Source: Bigelowiella natans CCMP2755 (Eukaryota; Protista; Cercozoa). Taken from it: a DNA stretch of 64,000 bases. The stretch lies in NCBI GenBank assembly GCA_000320545.1, contig ADNK01002424.1, positions 46,158-110,157 on the forward strand, written 5' to 3'. The notes below the pieces were generated by a model. That model worked only from the letters and a program-made list of their open reading frames with translations, made no database searches and was not told where the DNA came from. The position numbers and the translations under genes are program-made. Shown piece by piece: positions 55,121 through 64,000 of the stretch. Positions within the stretch are counted from its first letter, which is position 1. Each line of letters starts with the position of its first letter.

Positions 55121-56353
55121 ATGTTACATCTGAAAAGTAGATCTGGTAACAAATATAACAAAGTTACACGGAAAGAGAAAAAGAAATCAATCCTAGCTAG
55201 GACGGCTGGAGCAACTCCGTTGAAAGCTAAGCCGAGGGCTCTCAGGATTCCAAGCGATAAGGAGTCTATTGTAACATTTTTTGAGGTTATGGAGCGCGCC
55301 CAAAAATATAATAAGACAAGGGAGCAACATAAATTGGGCAATCATCGCGACTATCAGTACAAAAATCAAAGTCGCACTCCTCCAAACGATGGAAAAATAG
55401 CGGCTGCTGCCAATGAAATTCATCGACCTTCTGCCCCACCCCCTCCTTCGCGCTTGCTCGAAGGGGTAATGGAAGATGATTTTACGAAGAAACTGAAAGA
55501 TGAGCGCCGGTCATATCGATCAGGAAGATCTAGGAAAGCTACAAAGAGTATGGTGACGAAGAAAAGTATTCACCGTTCAGCTACCTGTAGGGTCAAGACA
55601 GCTCCGGCTAACCCATCCACGAAAGGATTACGGTTTCCAACTCTTAATCTTACACCTAAATCTGATAAATGCAACAGTCCAATTCATCAAGGTAGGGGAG
55701 TGAAAGGGCGGACTACCGTAGATACATCAGTGCAAAAAGCGTGCATACGTTTAATCAAGATGAGATCCCAACAAATTGTTCGAACGCTGAAGCAACTTGT
55801 GAAATCTGAGGAAGCGCAAAACAAACATCTTTCCTTAATAAATAAAAGGAAGTCTAGTATTTGGAAGCGGTTGGTGAAATTGGAAAAGGTTCAGCAAGCT
55901 GTAACTACTTGCATGATAACTCACGGAAGCAAAGCAGATATCAGCAGGGTTATTGAACCTCTTTGCCAATCAGATAGGCAGAAATTATTGGAAATTATTG
56001 CAAAGTATGAACCGAAGGATCAGCGACTTCTGGGGGGCATTCCTAGCATTGCGCGAATCCAGATATGGGGGGAATTCTATGATGAAGTTGTTCTTCCACA
56101 AGTAGTAGAGCACCGTAGGGAAGATGCTAATCGCCTTAGATCTTGGAAGAAACTTGCACCTACCGTAAATATGCGCATGCATCTAAAGTCAATCGTAAGC
56201 CTTCTTGAGCATATGCAAGAAAAGGTATTGCGCCTTCGTTACGGAAAACCTACAGACTCAAAATTTCTTTCTCCGGCCAAGCTGAAGAAGTATCTTGACG
56301 AGTGTGCCCCAGTTCCTTTCGTAGATCGCGAATTTATAGATGCATATTTGTAA
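55121..56353 (+). CDS. Hypothetical protein (410-aa ORF; basic disordered N-half, coiled-coil/helical C-half); upstream exons possibly from 53997
   Basis: Long non-repetitive ORF. A candidate first exon ATGGCGCCAACTGCTTTCGCCG|GT lies at 53997. No family recognised. Confidence 0.75.
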   Translation: MLHLKSRSGNKYNKVTRKEKKKSILARTAGATPLKAKPRALRIPSDKESIVTFFEVMERAQKYNKTREQHKLGNHRDYQYKNQSRTPPNDGKIAAAANEIHRPSAPPPPSRLLEGVMEDDFTKKLKDERRSYRSGRSRKATKSMVTKKSIHRSATCRVKTAPANPSTKGLRFPTLNLTPKSDKCNSPIHQGRGVKGRTTVDTSVQKACIRLIKMRSQQIVRTLKQLVKSEEAQNKHLSLINKRKSSIWKRLVKLEKVQQAVTTCMITHGSKADISRVIEPLCQSDRQKLLEIIAKYEPKDQRLLGGIPSIARIQIWGEFYDEVVLPQVVEHRREDANRLRSWKKLAPTVNMRMHLKSIVSLLEHMQEKVLRLRYGKPTDSKFLSPAKLKKYLDECAPVPFVDREFIDAYL

Positions 56354-57382
56354 TATATTTGTAATATATTTGTATTGTAATGCATAATTATTCTTGAAGC
56401 ATTTAAACGCGGTGCCAAATACGAAAAGGTTCCTTGTAATCTTACATTTAACTACATCATACATTATAATTAAATACTAAATCTCCAATTCCACTCAATG
56501 TCCCTCTGTTTTTTTCTATTTTCACGTACATTGTGAAAATCTGCAGTAGTACAAATATTAACCTTATGCTTCCTAGCTAAGTCTTATTAGTTAATTAATT
56601 CGACCCAACTCGACGCAACATGAACAACACCAAATGTCATATAATACCGTTATTCTCCATTCTTCTTCCCATCCTCAATGAAAAAAGAACACCATCAAGA
56701 TAACTTTATCCGCAGAGGAATTTTGCAATCAACACTCATTGCATTTTTCCCAGATCCGCACAACATCATTGGAAGTTTGCATACACATGTTTCTCACTCC
56801 AGGGATGATTTGAATTGCGAACACAACAAGGCATTGGTCTATTAAATTAAACGTAACCCCTACTTGAGAACTCCTTGCAACTCCCTAGGGAAAAAGTTCA
56901 CCTCAACAACCTTCACCATGTGAAACTAAGATCGATGCCATGCTCCTGCTTATTTGATCATGGCATTGCAAGGCGCACTGCGCTAATGAATTGCGGACGC
57001 GCGAGGTCTATACATTTGATTGACGTGATTGGGCCCCGATGATCATAATATGCATGAGACGTGCCTGTCACAAGCAACGACAAGCACATTTTGACGAACT
57101 TGTGAGTCCCTACACGTGCAAGCTGTCTGTGACAAGCACGTGTCACATGTGGCACAGTGCGTGCGCATGCATTAGATCAAGAGGCATGTGGCACAGTGTG
57201 CGTGCATTAGATCAGGTATACAGGACATGTTTGACGCTGCACACAACTCATTGCATTGTCACTTTGAGATTACCGCAGCGCACAATAAATCTCATTGGAC
57301 CAAAGTGGTTGTGAAATTGCGAGATGCACGTACAGCTTATATAAGCTTCCATGCACACGCAGCACTTGACTTCATGCAAAAC

Positions 57383-57865
57383 TCACATTAGAAGTCTACA
57401 TCCTGTGCAAATGATTCCTCCAATGCAGACCCCGAGCATGGCTTTGAAAATGTGCGTCCTAAGTTTGAAGCCAGGCATGCGGTCCTCTGTCGATTTCATG
57501 TAGCCCTTGAGATAATTGACATTAGCTTGACCATAAATCAAGGCCAACACAAAGCACATCCATGGCGCAATCGACCCAACTACAGGGTACGCTGGAGAGA
57601 ATAAAACTGAAAATGTGTAAATAGGAATGGAATACACTAGCCATTCCACTTGATTCATGTTTGCTCTGAATCCACGGTAAGTTTTATTGTCGCTCTGTTC
57701 ATCTGTCCACGGCTTGTAAGGGTGTTTGAAGTCCTTTAGTGCATATCTGGGCTTGTTCATGATGAAAATCGAATGAATTGTGGAGTATATCATCGCTATG
57801 GAGCCTAGAGCGGCTGGTATGAGGACAGCAAGAAACTCAAAGTAGGCTTCTGAGGGTATCGTCAT
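57383..57865 (-). CDS. MAPEG family membrane protein (microsomal GST/FLAP/LTC4S-like), intronless
   Basis: 160 aa with four hydrophobic segments and MAPEG motifs YRGFRANMNQVE (RxxRAxxNxxE) and YLKGYMKSTEDRMPGF (YxxGY...RxxGF). Confidence 0.85.
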   Translation of the reverse strand: MTIPSEAYFEFLAVLIPAALGSIAMIYSTIHSIFIMNKPRYALKDFKHPYKPWTDEQSDNKTYRGFRANMNQVEWLVYSIPIYTFSVLFSPAYPVVGSIAPWMCFVLALIYGQANVNYLKGYMKSTEDRMPGFKLRTHIFKAMLGVCIGGIICTGCRLLM

Positions 57866-57912
57866 CGTTTATTAGTGATGTAGTAAGGGAATTTGTTCGC
57901 CAACCGTATCGT

Positions 57913-57949
<37 letters not shown>

Positions 57950-58409
57950 AGAAGAAATAAATATCAATGGGGTTCCTAGGTGTCGGAGTATCGATGTGCA
58001 AGTACCGGTAGTGGCTAAATCTTAAAACTAGAAAATGTGTATATTTGAGAATGTCTCACCATGTTTTTCCCCTACATACATATTATTTGTATATGTTACT
58101 AGCATTTGGCCTCCGATATCGTTCGAATTTTGGTTAATTATGATGTCGCAGCAGCAGGGTTGGTCGTACACAGACGAAGTGATCAATCAACCCTACGTGT
58201 GCCCCCACCACCCACCAACCAGCTTCTAGACCGAACAATGGGTACCACCTATAGTCCAGTTTTAAATTTAAACAACCGCCTATAATCCTAACTTGTCTGT
58301 TATGCACAGAACATTTTAGTTTCTAAACTGTGTGACATGCGCGCACGCGCCCCTGTGTGCATGCGTGTGTACGTGTGTATCATCTCCCCTTAAATCAGCT
58401 TCCCTGGAT

Positions 58410-58848
58410 ATGATGCGGAAAAGTATGGACGTCAGCTCTAAGCTTGGGTACATTCGTCATTATTGCGCCGCGTGGGCTGTTTTGCCAGTCGTAAGTAGTA
58501 GTAGCTTTGATCTCCACCCTGCCGTTGATCGATCATTTTACCACGACGACGTCGATGACGTATTGCAAAGATATTTCCTCAGCATTTATATCTCATGATA
58601 CGTCTACTATCCTTTTAAACTCAGAGACTACATGCTTAAAGGCTATACGCTTTTGAATTTGCATTGTCCACTTTGTAACTGTCCTCTCGTGCAAAAGAAG
58701 GTTGTTTGGTTTCAGTTTATTCAGTATTGCTTTGTGTATCAAAAGGTTTTGTATCATTATAAATTACAATACATATATTCTAGGGTGAGGACTTGATGAC
58801 GTGCGTCTCGTGTGAGCGTGAGGTCATTACACAAAAAGGTTGGTGTGT

Positions 58849-58887
<39 letters not shown>

Positions 58888-59728
58888 CAATTAGTCATGG
58901 CAATTCTTCTTCATATTATTCTGCTATCTTAAATTTTTCAGCTCTTGAGAAGCGAGAGGCACAAGGAGAACAACTTAATGTTGAGATACCAGGTAGATAA
59001 ATAGTCGTGGCCATACTTCTAGTTATAAATGCAGTAGTAGTTGTCGAAGAAGAAGAAGAAGAAAAAGAAGAAGAAGCGCTGAATTTTATTTTGTCCTCCC
59101 CCTCCTCCCCCTCCTCCCCCTTCTTCCCCTTCTCCTCCCCTTCCTCCTTGCTCATCGTGCATGAGTCCGTTGTTTCATACTTATGATCGCATTATTTTCC
59201 CAGTGCATGAATCCTATACTTATCATCCTATCAGCTCACCGTGCATGACTCCGTTGTTATATACTTATCATCCTATAATCTCAGTGTCCTATGATGTATA
59301 TAGTAGTAGTAGTAGTTGTTGTTGTTGTTGTAGTAGTAGTAGTAGTAATAGTAGTAGTAGGGATAGATAATAGAGAAAGGGGGGGCGGCTAGAGTGTGCA
59401 TTCTACCAACAGATGTTTATTCCTTGATAAGATCTGCTTCTTATTTGATTATTTTAAAGAGGAAGCAGTGAAACAGCGAGAAAACGCAAAAGCGAAGGGT
59501 GGGGAGGAGGAAAAGGTGCATTATCTTACACATTATGCGAAGAAACAATAATTATCATCGAGTTGTTCTAAGAATCAACACCAAGATTATAATAATAGCA
59601 AAATCACTTGCTACTATTATTAATAATACTCTATTACTACAAGTATTAGTATTGCAAACATTAGCAAGTCTATATAGATTATTATCTACATATGTTGATG
59701 AGGAGGCCTCATCATTACTTTCACGTGT

Positions 59729-59764
<36 letters not shown>

Positions 59765-60221
59765 ATACAAATAGGGCGACAAAGGCATTGATGATTATGA
59801 TCTTAATGATCATGATGATGATGCTGCATTGGACGAATTTGTGCAACAACCTAGACTTACTGCTGAAGAATTTGCTAGACAACGAAGAGAAGATGAGGTG
59901 GTAGTAGTAGTAAGTAGTAAGTAATAGCATGCAAGCATTGTGGCCATGTATCAAACATCATAATTCTTTGCGACACACAATACAAATACCTTTGATGATT
60001 ACATCAACAACGAAGAGTCTCAGATGAGGAATTGCTTCTATTTCCCCGCTACTTCCCTAATTTGATGAATATCATCATCATCATCATCATCATCATCAGA
60101 TATCCGATATGATCGGTGCAAAGATGCTCATGGGATGGTACTTCTGCTGTTGCTGCTGTTTTCTCTTAACACATAATAATAACTATATAATGCGATGAAT
60201 ACTGGTTATTGTGATGCCTTT

Positions 60222-60262
<41 letters not shown>

Positions 60263-61592
60263 GTTTTCTTCGTGTATAACTTCCGATTACTCTTTCTCCT
60301 CTGTTGCTCACATACTCATCATTTAATAATTCTTTTCTTCTTCCTCCTCCTCTCTTCCTACACATTAGGGCGATGTTGGGAGAACATTGCAAAAGGTGTA
60401 GGACTCCTCTGCTGCGTTCACGTGATGGTATTATTATTATAGTAGTAGTAAACGTAGTAAACACGTACTACTACAAGTGACCAACGGTGATTGTCCTCAT
60501 TATTATAACCATCACTAAGCACCAGAATTACGTTCGTTGGTAGAATCTTACCGCATTATTTTGAACAAACTGTTGTTGTTATTGTTTTAGATAGTGATCA
60601 TCATGCTGAGCCTCTTTAGGTCCTTTGTTTAATTTCATCCTTTTTCTACTGATTACTATACTTCACCTCTCCAGGCAATATATCCTGTGTTGCTTGCAAT
60701 AGAAGTATATCAGCAGAGGAGGAGGAAGAAGAAAACAAGATGGGTACAAGTAGGAATATATCGTGATAATGATGATGATGATGAGAAAGTATAAATGATG
60801 CAGTAGTGTGTGTAGGAGGAATAGTATTAGTTGTAGTAACAGTAGTAGTAATCGTAGTAGTTGTAATCGTATATTCGATCACATAATATTTCGCGGCAAT
60901 AACAATAACATGTTATAATATTAGATGGCGGTGATGGAGAGGGGAAGAACAATGGAGGGGTGGGAAAAGAGAGGAAATTAAGTGGGGAGGAATCCTCAGT
61001 GGCCGCACGAAAAGAAGAGGTAAGTAAAATAATATCTCACAAAACAGCAAAATGATAGTATTAGTAGTATCATGTTTGATAGTATACGAATGCTACAATA
61101 GGAAACATTTCTTTACATCGATTCACTGTAAAATCAGGATACAGCACGTCTTATATATATAATCTGTATTTAAGTAAAGTTTGATAGTGAGTGTTTGTGT
61201 ATAAAATGTGTAAACAATCAGGGTACATGTGGGAACTTGGTAAAAGATGCCTATTCTATTCATACTACTACTTCTTCTGCAAACATGATGAAGAATACTA
61301 CTGCATTGGGTGATTCTAAGGGGAGGGGCCCTTCACCATCATCATCATCACCATCACCCGCTTCTACTACCTTGAAACTGGCTACAACTCAATCGAAGGA
61401 TCTTCTCACAGGTGGTGGTGGTGATAGTTGTTTAGGTTTTATTCAGAAGATAGAGTATTGTTGTGCTGTGCGAAAGTTGTTTCCTAAGAAGAAAAATGTG
61501 CACGTCTTAGTGTTTTATATTCATGGTTACAATTTTCAATCACTATCTTCATCTTCAACGTTGGGAATTTTTTTGGGAATATACATATGTAC

Positions 61593-61636
<44 letters not shown>

Positions 61637-62026
61637 GAATATGCATGTGTGTATGTGTGTGTGTTTATATTATATGTGTCTAACTTGGATTATATTTATT
61701 GTATTAGGAAAATTAAAGCAACTCAATGTAAGGTTAGACAAGACGGACAACATGCAAGAGGTAATAATGTTGTACATGAAAGAACAAAAAGATGAGGAGG
61801 ACGATGATTATGAGAGGAAAAGGGTGTGGTGGTGGCATTGGTGATATGTTATTAATGAGAAATTGAGGGTTAGATTCGTCCTATGCGTATGCAATCGAAA
61901 AAGACTATAGTAAGTATCATTGTTCTTGCTGTTGTGCGTACAATAGTATTACAACCTATAATCACATTGTCTCTATTGATGTAACAGCTTTCGGCAGTAG
62001 CACGTGCTATATCAGATGTCGCAAAG
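58410..62026 (+). CDS. SSSCA1/ZNRD2-like protein with two Auto_anti-p27 zinc ribbons; multi-exon
   Basis: Exons read MMRKSMDVSSKLG|DYMLKGYTLLNLHCPLCNCPLVQKK|GEDLMTCVSCERE and ISDMIGAKMLMGW|AMLGEHCKRCRTPLLRSRD|GNISCVACNR. The C-terminal helix KLKQLNVRLDKTDNMQE|LSAVARAISDVAK is like the SSSCA1 C-terminus. The final exon and stop are unresolved (about 62030-62120). Confidence 0.85.
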
Positions 62027-62507
62027 GTAAGAGTGCAGTAGCAAGGCGCAATGAACATTTTTAGGGTTAGTCATTACTATTACAAGAGGACCATGCACAA
62101 TGAGCATGCATGGCTGATTTTGTCTTCACTTAATTGCGTAAATTGTGACAGGCTCTGTCCACGATACAAGAATTGACTGCCACAATTTGACAGTTTAGTG
62201 ACAAAATGGAAATCCTTGCAAAGCATGCGGTACTCATGCATGCAAAGCTCTGTGATCATTGATTAGTTCGGTGAGCAATGTTCATCTTCAGTGCAATTGA
62301 TGAGCCGGCATGAGAATTCTGCATGCAGTCTAGCAACAGTTGAAGGTGAGACAACATTCCATGTGCGAACACAGCTCCGTCAAACCTGTAACGAATCGCC
62401 AGAACATGCAATTGGAAGCTTTTGCGCGCGACCAAGCGCGTCATGTGATGTGATGGACATTGGATTTGCTCGCATTTCTTTGAATTTTTTCGTGCATGTC
62501 ACGTTTA

Positions 62508-63836
62508 GTCAAACACACGCGCAAAAGCATTTGAAATGTGGCAGAGAACAAACGCGCAACGTGCATCCTCTGCACAACGGGTGTGAATTTTCACACTTTG
62601 CGCGCTCACTGAGGCCTTGAAACTGGACATTTGGGTCAATGTTTCGGTCATTTTTTGAGGTTTGGCCATCGGACAAGTTCTGATGACTTTTCTTTGACCA
62701 ACTGCAACTGCCTGCTGCTTCAAAGCGCGTCGCAAAGCGCTGACTGTTCACAACCCCGTCGTCACCGGGTTTGACGGAGCTGTGAAACGAATGCAGACAC
62801 ACGATCGAACGCAACACGCGCAACTCTGAGGCTTGCTTGAAAATGAGGACGTGTCAGACCGTGCTGGCGTGCATGTGAACCACATTGACTCTTTTTCCAA
62901 TCAACACAATTTTCATTGTCGCGTGCTGATGATCTTGCATCACCTTGATCAATCGGCTTCAAACCGCGACACGTGCACCAAAAAAAACACTCAATGCATC
63001 AACAACACGTCCATGCTGCCAAGGTCGATCAGGGTTCTGTTCTGGACCAGAGACGAAACAACAATCAAAACAAGGGTCAAATGAAAAGAAAACTGGTGGC
63101 AAAAATCGACCAGGGGTTTTTTTGAGGGGAAACGTGATGACAACTGTCACGAAAGTGTGTGGTGAGGGTTTGGGGTCAGGGCTTGAATGGGGGTCAGAGT
63201 CACGGTTTTTGGCAAGAAGTTTGGAGCAGGGTCAGGGTCAGGGTTCCATTCTGGACCAGGACCACACCGACGGTCAAAGTGACGGTCGAAACGAGAAGGT
63301 TTTTCTGCTGGACCAGGACCGAAACGAAATTTGCAACAAGGGTCAAAACGTTGCACGTGGAAAAATGAAGATGAAAATCGACCAGGTCGATCACTTTTCA
63401 GAAGAAAGGTGTTGTCCAAAGTGACAGCAAGTGATGACGGTTCTTTGGGGTCAGGGTTTTCTCCTGGGCCACGACCAAAGTGACGACCAAAGTGACGAGC
63501 AAAGTGACGATCGAAACGAGGGTCAAAGGCAGGAAAACTGGTCGCAAAAACCGACCAGGGTTTTTTTCAGGGCAAAAGTGAGGACCAAAGTCATGAAAAG
63601 TGGTGAGGGTTTTGGGTCAGGCTGGGATGAAGGTCAGAGACACGGTTTTTGGTGAGGAGTTTGGACCAGGGTTTGAATGAGGGTTGGAAAAAGCACCAGA
63701 GTCAGCATTGATGTCAGGGGTGGAACAAGGAGAACAAGTCAGGACCAGTTTCAGAAACGAAACCAGCGCCTGAGTCAGGGATGCAACAAGGGGCAGGATC
63801 AGGGTCAAAATCACGGCCAAAACAAAGGGTCAGGGT
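62508..63836. other. Subtelomeric TpA-free tract (1,329 bp)
   Basis: No TA dinucleotide between 62506-62507 and 63837-63838, checked line by line. Confidence 0.95.
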
Positions 63837-63867
63837 TAGGATTGGGGTTGGGATTGTGGTTTTCTCC
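63020..63867 (+). repeat. Subtelomeric repeat with degenerate telomere units (TCAGGG, GGGTCA) and an internal duplication of about 445-bp period
   Basis: 63090-63235 aligns with 63536-63675 (AACTGGT.GCAAAAA.CGACCAGGG...TGGTGAGGGTTT.GGGTCAGG...GGTCAGAG.CACGGTTTTTGG). A GACCAAAGTGAC tandem lies at 63473-63510, and CTGGACCAG recurs at about 63042, 63251 and 63308. Confidence 0.9.
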
Positions 63868-64000
63868 GGTTAGGGTTAGGGTTAGGGTTAGGGTTAGGGT
63901 TAGGGTTAGGGTTAGGGTTAGGGTTAGGGTTAGGGTTAGGGTTAGGGTTAGGGTTAGGGTTAGGGTTAGGGTTAGGGTTAGGGTTAGGGTTAGGGTTAGG
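63868..64000 (+). repeat. Telomere, (TTAGGG)n
   Basis: About 22 perfect TTAGGG units run to the end of the window, with the G-strand oriented toward the end. Confidence 0.99.

Noticed and set aside
19445-61844. Numerous ORFs with YIYIYI, CVCVCV, LSLSLS, poly-M/I/L/V runs
   Set aside because: They are translations of intronic microsatellites or antisense frames of real low-complexity exons.
62256-63820. Many overlapping 60-160 aa ORFs in the subtelomere (also at 18170-18500 and 8995-9315)
   Set aside because: These are artefacts of TpA loss. TAA and TAG stops are absent or rare on both strands, so frames stay open. The translations have no recognisable domains.

Overview
This is the right-hand end of a eukaryotic nuclear chromosome, ending in a (TTAGGG)n telomere at 63868-64000. 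It is AT-rich, intron-rich and microsatellite-rich. A fibrillin gene with a signal peptide plus transit-like leader points to an alga with a secondary plastid (chlorarachniophyte-like, an inference). Hand-splicing GT-AG exons gives 11 protein genes in strictly alternating orientation: PAP/fibrillin (+), Hop1/ASY1 HORMA protein (-), multi-TM protein (+), 202-aa unknown (-), R2R3-Myb (+), TM/coiled-coil protein (-), B-box plus about 14 RCC1 repeats (+), C2CD3-like (-), 410-aa unknown (+), MAPEG (-), and SSSCA1/ZNRD2-like (+). The most striking signal is non-coding. Every convergent (3'-to-3') gene junction and the subtelomere carry a TG/CA-rich block from which TpA has been stripped. There are zero TA dinucleotides in 1,329 bp next to the telomere, and 32 of the 42 surviving TAs at 17.5-18.7 kb sit in CTAG. 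Telomere-like repeats have become TCAGGG. This looks like the footprint of a targeted T>C / A>G process at TpA, the reverse of fungal RIP, confined to transcription-termination zones and chromosome ends, the same geography as base J in kinetoplastids. All counts and splicing were done by eye, and several gene starts are approximate.
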